Source: Candidatus Pristimantibacillus sp.
Lineage (GTDB): Bacteria; Bacillota; Bacilli; Paenibacillales; Paenibacillaceae
Assembly (NCBI GenBank): GCA_048976605.1
Contig: JBHGUX010000031.1
Span: 19,029 to 83,028, forward strand
Direction: 5' to 3'
Length of the DNA: 64,000 nt
Numbering within the stretch: position 1 is the first letter of the stretch; the number at the start of each line of letters is the position of its first letter. The notes below the pieces were generated by a model. The model was not told where the DNA came from, did no database searches, and was given only the letters and a program-made list of their open reading frames with translations. A program made the translations under genes and the position numbers. Positions 29,885-39,623 of this stretch are shown here, in pieces.

Positions 29885-30861
29885 TGATGACGACAACTAC
29901 GATTAACGACGATAGAGACAAAAAAGGCTTTCAAATGGGACAACTGACACAGAAACTAGGTCCATTGCTAGGGCTGATCATTCTTATTGTTATTGTATCC
30001 GTGCTCAACCCAAGCTTTTTGGAGCCACTTAATATTCTGAACTTGCTCAGACAAGTCGCGATTAACGCACTGATCGCTTTTGGTATGACCTTTGTTATTC
30101 TGACAGGCGGGATCGATTTATCTGTAGGTTCAATTCTCGCTTTATCTAGTGCTCTCATGGCAAATATGATGTTATCCGGATTTGACCCTATATTAGCCAT
30201 TATTGTTGGTTGTTTGTTAGGTGGAGTAATGGGGATGGTCAATGGGCTCATGATTACGAAAGGTAGAATGGCTCCATTTATCGCTACTTTAGCGACTATG
30301 ACCATTTTCCGAGGATTAACCCTTGTCTATACGAATGGTAATCCAATTACAGGTCTTGGGGACAGCATGGTGTTCCAATTGTTCGGCCGCGGTTATTTCC
30401 TTGGTATTCCAGTTCCTGCTATTACGATGATTATTGTGTTCGCTGTCTTGTGGATTGTACTGAACAAAACGCCATTTGGCCGTAAAACGTATGCGATAGG
30501 CGGTAATGAGAAAGCTTCGATTATTTCAGGTATTAAAGTTGATCGCGTCAAAATTATGATTTATTCATTAATCGGTATGTTATCCGCATTAGCAGGAGCT
30601 ATCTTGACCTCTAGATTGAACTCCGCACAACCAACAGCGGGTACATCTTATGAGTTGGATGCCATTGCGGCAGTTGTATTAGGCGGCACAAGCTTAACCG
30701 GTGGTCGTGGACGTATAGTAGGTACATTAATTGGTGCTCTTATTATCGGGATTTTGAACAATGGTTTGAACCTGCTCGGCGTATCTTCTTTTTACCAGAT
30801 GGTCGTAAAAGGGATTGTAATCGCAATTGCTGTACTAATTGACCGTAAGAAAGCTGCATAA
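29884..30861 (+). CDS. rbsC: Ribose ABC transporter permease
   Basis: ILTGGIDLSVGS, YELDAIAAVVLGGTSL. Confidence 0.96.
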   Translation: MMTTTTINDDRDKKGFQMGQLTQKLGPLLGLIILIVIVSVLNPSFLEPLNILNLLRQVAINALIAFGMTFVILTGGIDLSVGSILALSSALMANMMLSGFDPILAIIVGCLLGGVMGMVNGLMITKGRMAPFIATLATMTIFRGLTLVYTNGNPITGLGDSMVFQLFGRGYFLGIPVPAITMIIVFAVLWIVLNKTPFGRKTYAIGGNEKASIISGIKVDRVKIMIYSLIGMLSALAGAILTSRLNSAQPTAGTSYELDAIAAVVLGGTSLTGGRGRIVGTLIGALIIGILNNGLNLLGVSSFYQMVVKGIVIAIAVLIDRKKAA

Positions 30862-30876
30862 GAGGGGGATTCCAAC

Positions 30877-31794
30877 ATGAAAAAACTTACTTTAATTCTC
30901 ACTGCCTTACTATTAGTCCTTATGACAGGCTGTTCGCTTGAGCCGCCAGATTGGGCCAAACCCAATGCTGGGGGTGACTTGAAGAATATGAAGATTGGAT
31001 TATCCATATCTACATTGAACAATCCATTCTTCGTATCCGTTAAAGATGGAGTCGTGGCAGAGGCTAAGAAGCAAGGGTTGGAAGTCCTCGTCATCGATGC
31101 ACAGAACGATTCTGCCAAGCAAAGTAATGACGTGGAGGATTTAATGCAAAAGGGTGTTAATGCATTGTTGATTAATCCTGTAGATTCATCAGCGATCTCG
31201 ACCGTCGTTCAGACGGCTAACAGTCTAGCTATTCCAGTCATTACATTGGATCGTTCTGCAGATAAAGGGGAGATTCAAGCTCTTGTTGCGTCTGATAATG
31301 TCAAAGGCGGCTCGATGGCAGCAGAGTATATCGTAGAGAAGCTTGGAAAAGGGGCAAAGGTCATTGAGCTCGAAGGATCACCAGGCGCATCAGCTACTCG
31401 TGAACGTGGCAAGGGATTCCATGAGATTGCGGATACGCAGCTTAAAGTCATTGCGAAGCAAACCGCTGATTTCGACCGTACGAAAGGATTAACCGTTATG
31501 GAGAACCTTCTGCAAGGAAATCCAGGCGTACAGGCTGTCTTCGCTCACAATGATGAGATGGCTCTAGGTGCCATTGAAGCGATCCAAAGCTCGGGTAAGA
31601 ATATTCCGATAATCGGATTCGATGGCAATGAAGATGCACTAAATTCCATCCAAGCTGGTAAATTAACCGGAACTATTGCCCAACAGCCTGAATTGATTGG
31701 ACAGCTGGCTGTACAAGCGGCCAAGGATGTTCTTGATGGGAAAGCAGTGGAGAAGTTGATTGCTGCACCGCTGAAGCTGGTCGTTAAGGAGTAA
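30877..31794 (+). CDS. rbsB: Ribose ABC transporter substrate-binding lipoprotein
   Basis: Lipobox MTGC, ISTLNNPFFV, VFAHNDEMALGA. Confidence 0.96.
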   Translation: MKKLTLILTALLLVLMTGCSLEPPDWAKPNAGGDLKNMKIGLSISTLNNPFFVSVKDGVVAEAKKQGLEVLVIDAQNDSAKQSNDVEDLMQKGVNALLINPVDSSAISTVVQTANSLAIPVITLDRSADKGEIQALVASDNVKGGSMAAEYIVEKLGKGAKVIELEGSPGASATRERGKGFHEIADTQLKVIAKQTADFDRTKGLTVMENLLQGNPGVQAVFAHNDEMALGAIEAIQSSGKNIPIIGFDGNEDALNSIQAGKLTGTIAQQPELIGQLAVQAAKDVLDGKAVEKLIAAPLKLVVKE

Positions 31795-31830
31795 GAGGGT
31801 TAGGATACTATAAGCGAAGGGCTCAATTAT

Positions 31831-31871
31831 AAACACTGCGTTTACCTTATAGGTGAGCGCGGTGTTTTTTT
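31831..31871 (+). terminator. rbs operon terminator
   Basis: AACACTGCG...CGCGGTGTT hairpin followed by a T-run. Confidence 0.75.
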
Positions 31872-31894
31872 GGTTTTTGTTAGAAATATTCTTC

Positions 31895-31925
31895 TTGACT
31901 TGGAGTCAACACCAAGTTGTAGGAT
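31895..31925 (+). promoter_or_regulatory. MerR-type promoter with a 19-bp spacer and dyad operator
   Basis: TTGACT (31895-31900), 19-nt spacer, TAGGAT (31920-31925); dyad ACTTGG-N8-CCAAGT overlapping the -35 and spacer. Confidence 0.7.
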
Positions 31926-31986
31926 CAATTGTATCCTTAATTTCGGAAATACATCTTACGACTAATTAATACTCGGAGGTTACAAA

Positions 31987-32832
31987 TTGGATACTATAAG
32001 ACAAAATAAGGTTGCACTTATTACTGGGGCAAAATCTGGGGTAGGGTTCGAATTAACAAAACGATTGCTCTCGGAGGGAATGCAAGTAGTAGCCCTGATC
32101 CGATCTGATTTTCAGAATAACGATTCTCTTATTCGAGAATCCCTAAAGAATAACAGTCTCCGAGTCTATAAAGCTGATTTAAGTGATTATGAAAGTTTGA
32201 AAGCAGCGTTAAAGGATATCAAATCGAGCGAAGAACGAATGGATGTGATTTTTAACAATGCAGGTGTTATGCCTGATAAGATAAGTTACTCCAGACAGGG
32301 TCGGGAGATGCAATTCGAGGTCCATACGGTTGTTCCTTATATCATTTTCATGGAATTAAGAGAACTAGTATTAAAGGGGGAGTTGCGCTCCATAGTCAAT
32401 ACTTCCTCTAATGCTTTGCTTTCAGTGAAACGGTTCGAGCTTGAAACGTTGGAGAAGCCGACTGAATTCAAAAAGCTTCTGGGAGGATATGCATCTACAA
32501 AGCTGGCATTGACGCTCTGGACGCAAGCAGCATCCCAGACAGCTTCTGCAGAAGGCATCGAGATCAGGAGTGTCTGCCCAGGGCCCAATAAAACCCCGAT
32601 GAGCGGAAGTTCGGGCATGCCGACATGGCTGATTCCCATTCGTCATCTCTTCTTTTCCCACCCAAGCAAGGGTGCAGTACGTCTGTATGATGCAGCATTC
32701 GGAGAGAGTAGAGGGAAATCAGGCGACTTCCTCAATAAAGGCAAAACTACGCCTGTGAAATTCATGCATAAGAGTCGAAGTATGCTGGAGAAAGTAGATT
32801 CTATTTATAGGGATGAGTTTCTTAGAGCTTGA
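31987..32832 (+). CDS. Short-chain dehydrogenase/reductase
   Basis: TGAKSGVG, NNAG, YASTK catalytic motif. Confidence 0.92.
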   Translation: MDTIRQNKVALITGAKSGVGFELTKRLLSEGMQVVALIRSDFQNNDSLIRESLKNNSLRVYKADLSDYESLKAALKDIKSSEERMDVIFNNAGVMPDKISYSRQGREMQFEVHTVVPYIIFMELRELVLKGELRSIVNTSSNALLSVKRFELETLEKPTEFKKLLGGYASTKLALTLWTQAASQTASAEGIEIRSVCPGPNKTPMSGSSGMPTWLIPIRHLFFSHPSKGAVRLYDAAFGESRGKSGDFLNKGKTTPVKFMHKSRSMLEKVDSIYRDEFLRA

Positions 32833-32913
32833 TGGGGATAAGGTATGATTTATTGGGGTAACCCTTATTTTAGTGTAAAATGTACTCATCTTTAATAAAG
32901 AGGGGACTTTGAG

Positions 32914-33591
32914 ATGAACTCAACGATTTTACATATTGAGGATGATCAAGATATTGGATCATGGGTCAATGAATTTTTAACCGAAAGAGGTTATGAAGTA
33001 ATTTGGTTGAATTCTGGACAAGATGCAATGGAGCATATGGTGAAAGTTGATCTCGTCATTTTAGATATCATGCTGCCTGGGTTAGATGGGTATACCATCG
33101 GACAGCGTCTTAAACAAAAGTACCCTGAAAAACCAATTATGATGCTGACAGCAAGAACCTCCATTGAGGATAAACTGCAGGGACTTTCGTTTGCGGATGA
33201 CTATATGACAAAGCCATATCATCCCGACGAACTCGAAGCGCGGATTCAAATTCTGCTCAGGCGCTCAGGCGGCGTAGTCTCTACTGATCTTATGCAGTTG
33301 GGGCATTTGAGTATAGATAGGAAAGCCAACCGAATTGTGAATACAGACACGAATACGGAGATTGTTCTGACCGGTAAACAGTTTCATATCTTTATGTATC
33401 TTCTCGATCATCCCAATCAGATCTTGACCCAAAGGCAAATATACGAAGCAGTGTGGGAAGATCCCTATATTAAAGGGGATCGAACCCTTATGGTGCATAT
33501 CCGTCATTTGCGTGAAAAAATAGAGCGTGATCCCAGTTATCCGCAGATGATCGGAACGATTCGCGGCATCGGTTATAGGTTGAAGTTATGA
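32914..33591 (+). CDS. OmpR-family response regulator
   Basis: ILDIMLPGLDG, MLTART, DDYMTKP, HIRHLREKIE...TIRGIGY. Confidence 0.95.
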   Translation: MNSTILHIEDDQDIGSWVNEFLTERGYEVIWLNSGQDAMEHMVKVDLVILDIMLPGLDGYTIGQRLKQKYPEKPIMMLTARTSIEDKLQGLSFADDYMTKPYHPDELEARIQILLRRSGGVVSTDLMQLGHLSIDRKANRIVNTDTNTEIVLTGKQFHIFMYLLDHPNQILTQRQIYEAVWEDPYIKGDRTLMVHIRHLREKIERDPSYPQMIGTIRGIGYRLKL

Positions 33592-34922
33592 ATATTCGAA
33601 GATCGCTTGTCACCAAATATTTGATTCTGATTCTCGCATCTATACTCATGTGGCCTATATTGCCAGCCCTCTATTATTTACCTGGCATCTTGCTTAAACA
33701 GAATGCGATTCATGAGCCACTGGAAATAGAAAAAATGTGGAAGCATGCAGCTGAACAACTAAATGAAGCTGATGAGCATACAATCAATGAAAAGCTGGAT
33801 AAAATACAAGAGCATTATCCGAAAGCTAAGGTGTTTTGGGTCGACAAAGCGGGGAAAACCCATATGATCCATAAACATACCACAGAAATTCCCGATCAAT
33901 GGACACCCTCCAATCTCATCAACTATCTCGAAAAGAATAAGGAACTAGACCTGTTCACTGTGAAAGCTGTGATGGGTACAGACGGGAAACAAGGATTTAT
34001 GGTATTTTATATTCCCAAATCCGCTACGACACTCGCAATAAAGCCCGTAAATGGAAATTTCTTTTTAATCCTCATTATTTTTGCTGCAGGTGTTTTGATC
34101 GTGATGGTATCCTTGATATTCTTCTTAAGCATTCGCAAAAGGCTTGTAAAACTCCAAACTGCAATGTCAGATACCGGAAATAACGGAATGTCGGATGAGG
34201 TCACAGTCAATAACAGCGATGAGATTGGACAGTTGGAACAAGCCTTTAATCGGATGGTGAACCAATTGAAAAGCAGTAGAGAGAGAGAGAAAGAGGAAGA
34301 GAACCTTCGCAAACTATGGATCGCCAACGTATCTCACGATCTACGCACACCATTGACCGTTATTCAACAGCATGCCTACACTGTTCAGAGTAATCCATCA
34401 TCACCAAGAGCAACAAAGTCAATGCAAATCATTATCAACAAAGTCAATGATGTTGGAAAATTACTTGAAAACCTGCTTACCTATACATTGCTTTCAGCGG
34501 GAAAACACCCAATAAAACGGGAGAATATCGACGTTGTAGAAGAATTGCACCATGCCGCTGTTGAATGGTATCCTGTCTTAGAAAAAGAAGGATTTCGAGT
34601 GGATATAGACTTGCCGGATCAAGTGCTAAATTGGAAAGTTGATCCGTTATGGTTGCGATGCATCTTGGATAACCTGGTGCAAAATGTGATCAGGTATGCC
34701 AAACTCGGTCAATACATAGGAATTGGTTTTGTTGAACGGAATGGCATAATGCATATGTTCATTGAAGATAAAGGAGAAGGGATAAAGCACGACACAGAAG
34801 CGAAAGGGGCAGGTATTGGTCTGTCAATCGTCTCCTTCATGACGAAAGAAATGGACATCGATTGGGAGATATCCAGCTCTCCAAACGGGACACTCCATTA
34901 TTTAAGCCAGAAATTAAACTAA
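33588..34922 (+). CDS. HAMP-domain sensor histidine kinase
   Basis: Two TMs, DEIGQL HAMP, SHDLRTPLT H-box, GAGIGLSI G-box. Confidence 0.95.
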   Translation: MNIRRSLVTKYLILILASILMWPILPALYYLPGILLKQNAIHEPLEIEKMWKHAAEQLNEADEHTINEKLDKIQEHYPKAKVFWVDKAGKTHMIHKHTTEIPDQWTPSNLINYLEKNKELDLFTVKAVMGTDGKQGFMVFYIPKSATTLAIKPVNGNFFLILIIFAAGVLIVMVSLIFFLSIRKRLVKLQTAMSDTGNNGMSDEVTVNNSDEIGQLEQAFNRMVNQLKSSREREKEEENLRKLWIANVSHDLRTPLTVIQQHAYTVQSNPSSPRATKSMQIIINKVNDVGKLLENLLTYTLLSAGKHPIKRENIDVVEELHHAAVEWYPVLEKEGFRVDIDLPDQVLNWKVDPLWLRCILDNLVQNVIRYAKLGQYIGIGFVERNGIMHMFIEDKGEGIKHDTEAKGAGIGLSIVSFMTKEMDIDWEISSSPNGTLHYLSQKLN

Positions 34923-34931
34923 ATTTAAACT
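34914..34931 (+). promoter_or_regulatory. Probable OmpR-family binding site (direct repeat)
   Basis: TTAAACT-AAAT-TTAAACT, 11-bp period, at the kinase stop codon and upstream of the next gene. Confidence 0.5.
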
Positions 34932-35110
34932 TCCGGTCACCTTAATTTCCCATTGAGCAAGTAAAGTGGGATATGAGGTGATTTTATTTTGGAAAGGTGT
35001 TAGTAATGTCAATCCAATTTATTGATATCCGACGAGGACCGAATTGTTTACTTCCTTAATAATGTCTCACACCTTTATTAACGAAAATATAAGAAGGTAG
35101 GAATGACAAG

Positions 35111-36079
35111 ATGATAGTAACGACAGAAGATAAAGCATCACGTTTGATGAGAATGCGAAGAATTTGGGGATATGGGACCGCCATAGCGGTATCGCCGTAT
35201 CTGCTGATTAAAATCGCCTGGACATTTGGTCTATTCATGCCGACCAATCAAATGGGCGACCCCAGTTGGCGTATTGCCAACGCAGTAACCATGGTTCTCG
35301 CCGCGGCCTGTATCTTGTTGGCGATGGCGATCTGCAGGCCGTGGGGTGAGCGGTTGCCCTCGTGGTTGGTGGCTCTTCCGGTGTGGGTGGGCACCGGTCT
35401 TCTCGTACCCATGCTGCTGCTAGCACCGTTACTCGGTCCGGCCGCCATTACCCGGGATATGGAGGCAGGTACCGCCGACTTTTGGGTTTATGAGCAGATC
35501 TTTGTCATGGTCTCGCTGGTCGGAGTCGGTATCTGTCTGCCTCTCGCCTTGGCAGGATATGCCAAGACACGGTGGCCGGAGGCACTTGTTGGTCCAATCG
35601 ACTGCGGGGAGCTGCTGCCGGGACACACCCGGCAACTTCAGATTACCCTGGCCAGATTTGTAGCAGGAGGTTGCATCTTGCTTTCCTTCATCAAGATATT
35701 CTGGGCGATGGGCGGCACTCTCGGCATCGCACCTGCCATGCTGGATTACCGCGATATATGGTGGGGCTTGCTGTCGTTGAGTACCGGCGTATGGGCCTTC
35801 GCGGGGGCATGGGGCTTGCTGGTGATTACTTCCCGCCGTGGCTCGTGGAGGTTCTTACCCCCCATGGCGGCGGCATGGATATCGTCGGGAATGCTGTTCT
35901 CTTACAATCTCTTCAACCGCTTGTCCACCTCTCGCCCTGATGCCCAGCCCGCCCCAGAGTACCCGCTGGCACAAGTGCTGACCACGGAGGCAGGCACCGT
36001 CCTGGGGGTGATGATGGGGATGATTCTCCTTCTGGTACTGCATGATCGCCGACGCGCCTTGAGCGGCGAATCAGTTTGA
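35111..36079 (+). CDS. GC-rich multi-pass membrane protein of unknown function
   Basis: About 8 hydrophobic segments; G/C-ending codons much more frequent than in neighbours. Confidence 0.8.
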   Translation: MIVTTEDKASRLMRMRRIWGYGTAIAVSPYLLIKIAWTFGLFMPTNQMGDPSWRIANAVTMVLAAACILLAMAICRPWGERLPSWLVALPVWVGTGLLVPMLLLAPLLGPAAITRDMEAGTADFWVYEQIFVMVSLVGVGICLPLALAGYAKTRWPEALVGPIDCGELLPGHTRQLQITLARFVAGGCILLSFIKIFWAMGGTLGIAPAMLDYRDIWWGLLSLSTGVWAFAGAWGLLVITSRRGSWRFLPPMAAAWISSGMLFSYNLFNRLSTSRPDAQPAPEYPLAQVLTTEAGTVLGVMMGMILLLVLHDRRRALSGESV

Positions 36080-36205
36080 GGCGAAGCAGCATACAACTGA
36101 TTCCTGTTGAGAATAGCAACTCAGCTTAAAGAGCATGAAATAGGCAGATAACTAGGCAAACCTGCAAATCCATTGCTACTTGCAAGACTTGAAAAATTCA
36201 AGAAT

Positions 36206-36393
36206 CTTAATTCAATTCAAGCGGGTAAAATAAAAGGAACAACTGCTTAACAGTCTGAATTAATTGAACAGCTAGCTGTTCAAGCAGCTAAAGCAGCTAA
36301 AGCATTGAAGAAGTTGAAGATTAAGTGGTATAGATTGGAAGTGAAGATTGGCAACACTGCTGTCACCTTTGGGTGAGGGTAGTGTTTTTTTTT
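36206..36393 (+). pseudogene. Degenerate second copy of the rbsB 3' end and its terminator
   Basis: 36206-36292 translates LNSIQAGKIKGTTA*QSELIEQLAVQAAK, 68/87 nt identical to rbsB 31639-31725; terminator 36353-36393 resembles 31831-31871. Confidence 0.8.
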
Positions 36394-36638
36394 ATTTATT
36401 TATTCATTAGAAAGATTGAATGCACCTGCCGGGATAGAATAGACTCGTGTGTTTATGGGAAAATTAATAAATGGTCCGAACAAACGGTGCTAGATGTAAG
36501 ACATTAAGGATTTGATGGCTTGATTTAACGCGTTTTTTCGATAATATTCGTCAAATTCACAAAACATTCATTTTGTCTTCATGCATTCTTCATGAACAAA
36601 ATGATCGTAAGTGTTATTATCTTAGTACAAGCAGTAAA

Positions 36639-36653
36639 TAAGAATGATTCTAG
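36639..36653. promoter_or_regulatory. Possible PerR/Fur-type box upstream of ahpC
   Basis: TAAGAAT-G-ATTCTAG, imperfect 7-1-7 repeat, 10/14 match to TTATAATNATTATAA. Confidence 0.35.
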
Positions 36654-36720
36654 ACAACGAAATACCGGATCTATTGTCATTCTAAAAAAATCTAAAACCA
36701 CTACTAGGAGGAATTTCATT

Positions 36721-37284
36721 ATGTCCCTTATCGGAACTGAAGTACAACCATTCAAAGCAACAGCTTATCAAAACGGCAAGTTCGTTGATCTTACAGAAGC
36801 AAATTTCAAAGGCAAATGGAGCGTAGTTTGCTTCTATCCAGCTGACTTCACATTCGTATGCCCTACTGAACTAGGAGATTTGCAAGATCAATATGAAACA
36901 TTGAAATCTCTGGGCGTTGAAGTGTACTCTGTATCGACTGATACTCACTTTACTCATAAAGCATGGCATGACAGTTCAGACACAATCGGCAAAATCACTT
37001 ACCTGATGATCGGTGACCCGACTCACACGATCTCCCGCAACTTTGATGTATTGATCGAAGCTGATGGTATGGCTGATCGCGGTACGTTCATTATCGATCC
37101 AGATGGAGTTATCCAAACTGTTGAAATCAATGCAGGCGGTATCGGCCGTGATGCAAGCGCGCTTATTGGCAAAGTGAAAGCAGCTCAATACGTTCGCAAC
37201 AATCCGGGCGAAGTTTGCCCTGCGAAATGGCAAGAAGGCGGCGAAACGCTTAAACCAAGCCTTGATCTTGTAGGCAAAATCTAA
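36721..37284 (+). CDS. ahpC: Alkyl hydroperoxide reductase subunit C
   Basis: [13 protein letters not shown] and GEVCPAKW; AGGAGG RBS gives start 36721 (track start 36592 is too long). Confidence 0.97.
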   Translation: MSLIGTEVQPFKATAYQNGKFVDLTEANFKGKWSVVCFYPADFTFVCPTELGDLQDQYETLKSLGVEVYSVSTDTHFTHKAWHDSSDTIGKITYLMIGDPTHTISRNFDVLIEADGMADRGTFIIDPDGVIQTVEINAGGIGRDASALIGKVKAAQYVRNNPGEVCPAKWQEGGETLKPSLDLVGKI

Positions 37285-37296
37285 GGAGGGCTAAAC

Positions 37297-38826
37297 ATGG
37301 TATTGGATGCACAGATTAAAGAGCAGCTCAACCAATACCTTCAGCTCTTGGAAGGCGATGTGCTGATTAAAGTCAGCGCAGCGTCTGACGCAGTATCTAC
37401 CGACATGCTGGCTTTAGTGAATGAGCTGGCCAGCATGTCGTCCAGAATTACCGTGGAGAAAGCACAGCTTTTCAGAACGCCAAGCTTCAGCGTGAATCGC
37501 GTTGGAGAAGACACTGGAGTAGCTTTCGCCGGTATTCCTTTGGGACATGAATTTACTTCATTGGTACTTGCCTTGCTGCAGGTTAGCGGAAGAGCTCCGA
37601 AGGTTGAACAGAATGTTATTGATCAGATTAAGAATCTTCGCGGCGAATATGCGTTTGAATCATACATCAGCTTGAGTTGCCATAACTGTCCTGATGTTGT
37701 GCAAGCACTCAACTTGATGAGCATCCTCAATCCTGGCATTACCCATACCATGATTGATGGAGCTGCCTTTAAAGAAGAAGTTGAAAGCAAAGAGATTATG
37801 GCGGTACCGTCCGTATTCCTGAACGGCGAGTTTTTCGGAAGCGGTCGTATGACGCTGGAAGAAATTATTGCCAAGCTCGACGACGCTCCAGATGCTTCTG
37901 TTTTTGCAGATAAAGAGCCCTTCGATGTGCTCGTAGTAGGCGGCGGCCCTGCCGGCGCAAGCTCTGCGATCTATGCGGCACGCAAAGGTATACGCACAGG
38001 TATTGTTGCTGAACGCTTTGGCGGTCAAGTGATGGACACTGTAGGTATTGAGAACTTTATCAGCATGACATATACCGAAGGTCCAAAGCTGGCAGCGAGT
38101 CTTGAAGAGCATGTGAAAGAGTACAACATTGACGTTATGAAGCTGCAGCGCGCCAAGCGCCTGGAGAAGAAGGAACTAATCGAAGTTGAACTCGAGAACG
38201 GCGCTGTTCTGAAAAGTAAAACCGTAATCCTCTCAACCGGTGCACGCTGGCGTAATGTTGGTGTTCCCGGCGAAGCGGAATTCAAGAACAAAGGTGTAGC
38301 TTATTGCCCTCATTGTGATGGTCCTTTGTTTGCCGGCAAGCATGTAGCGGTTATCGGCGGGGGTAATTCCGGTATCGAAGCAGCTATTGACCTCGCAGGT
38401 ATTGTGAGTCATGTTACCGTTCTTGAATTTAATCCAGAACTGAAAGCAGATTCTGTATTACAAGATCGTCTTTACAGTCTGCCGAACGTAACGGTGCTTA
38501 AAAACGTTCAAACCAAAGAGATTACCGGTACGGATAAAGTGAACGGCATCTCTTATACGGATCGTGAAACAGGAAACGTTCATCATATCGAATTACAAGG
38601 CGTATTCGTTCAGATCGGCCTAGTGCCGAACACCGAATGGCTTGGCGATACGCTCGAACGTACTCCTATGGGAGAAATCGTCGTAGATCGCCACGGCGCT
38701 ACAAGCATCCCAGGCGTATTCGCGGCAGGCGACTGCACGAATAGTGCTTATAAGCAAATTATTATCTCGATGGGTTCGGGTGCTACAGCAGCCTTGGGCG
38801 CATTTGATTATATGATTCGCAATTAA
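37297..38826 (+). CDS. ahpF: Alkyl hydroperoxide reductase subunit F
   Basis: CHNC and CPHC redox motifs, GGGPAG, GGGNSG. Confidence 0.97.
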   Translation: MVLDAQIKEQLNQYLQLLEGDVLIKVSAASDAVSTDMLALVNELASMSSRITVEKAQLFRTPSFSVNRVGEDTGVAFAGIPLGHEFTSLVLALLQVSGRAPKVEQNVIDQIKNLRGEYAFESYISLSCHNCPDVVQALNLMSILNPGITHTMIDGAAFKEEVESKEIMAVPSVFLNGEFFGSGRMTLEEIIAKLDDAPDASVFADKEPFDVLVVGGGPAGASSAIYAARKGIRTGIVAERFGGQVMDTVGIENFISMTYTEGPKLAASLEEHVKEYNIDVMKLQRAKRLEKKELIEVELENGAVLKSKTVILSTGARWRNVGVPGEAEFKNKGVAYCPHCDGPLFAGKHVAVIGGGNSGIEAAIDLAGIVSHVTVLEFNPELKADSVLQDRLYSLPNVTVLKNVQTKEITGTDKVNGISYTDRETGNVHHIELQGVFVQIGLVPNTEWLGDTLERTPMGEIVVDRHGATSIPGVFAAGDCTNSAYKQIIISMGSGATAALGAFDYMIRN

Positions 38827-38839
38827 TAGCTGGATAAAG

Positions 38840-38876
38840 GATGCCCTCTGAACTTAGGTTCAGGGGGTGTTTTTTT
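38840..38876 (+). terminator. ahpCF terminator
   Basis: GATGCCCTCTGAAC / GTTCAGGGGGTGTT hairpin plus T-run. Confidence 0.8.
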
Positions 38877-39623
38877 GTGTCTTAAGGAGGTGCCTCAGGT
38901 GAAAAGATAGAAAGGAAATACAGAAGTTACTTCGGCATAAGACAAGGATGCTACGTGTACTGGCAAGTGAAATACATATGAGTTACATCACTTATAGCAA
39001 AACCCGTTCCAAGCTTGGTCAGGTGGAAATTCTACCCCAAGAAGTGCGAATTAAAGTCATGGGGTCACATGAAAATTGAAAATGCCGGAAGAACAAGAAG
39101 CGATTATGGAACTACTGTTTAAGAACAGAATCGAATTCAAGACGTCACATTTTTCCTTTTTGTCAGGCTTGCTGTTTTGTAAGAAATCCGGTTCCCTGAT
39201 GAGGTTTCGGGTAGGCGAGAACTTGAAGCAGTGGTAGCATTGGATGCATAGTGCTATCACCAGTATATTAAAGAAACTTTTAAACTGTGGAGTGTATATA
39301 TGAGCGAGTAGAGCAGTTTAGGGAAGTGAGGGGGGCCGCAGTAACGAGAATTGAGCGATTGAAGAAGTTGGTAGTATAATCGGGAAGGAATCGGGTGGAG
39401 GGAGGGTTTAATATAGGTTAGGAATAATACGTTTTTTACCACTGTCTTCTCACATGTGGAACTGATAATATTCATATTTTGGAAATAAGATGTGGCAGAA
39501 TCGCTAATTGTGAGAGAGTAACATCAAATAGATGTTCTCATGTGAAAAGCTTACATATTAAAACTATTTTCGCTGCTCTTATACTTATTAGGTGGTATAA
39601 TATACCTATAAGGAGGGGTAAAA

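Noticed and set aside
36592-36720. 43-aa N-terminal extension of AhpC in the track
   Set aside because: The strong AGGAGG RBS and the canonical MSLIG start point to 36721
38880-39600. Track ORFs at 39057-39475 and short plus-strand frames
   Set aside because: No motifs or RBS; the region looks like decayed intergenic DNA at the islet edge
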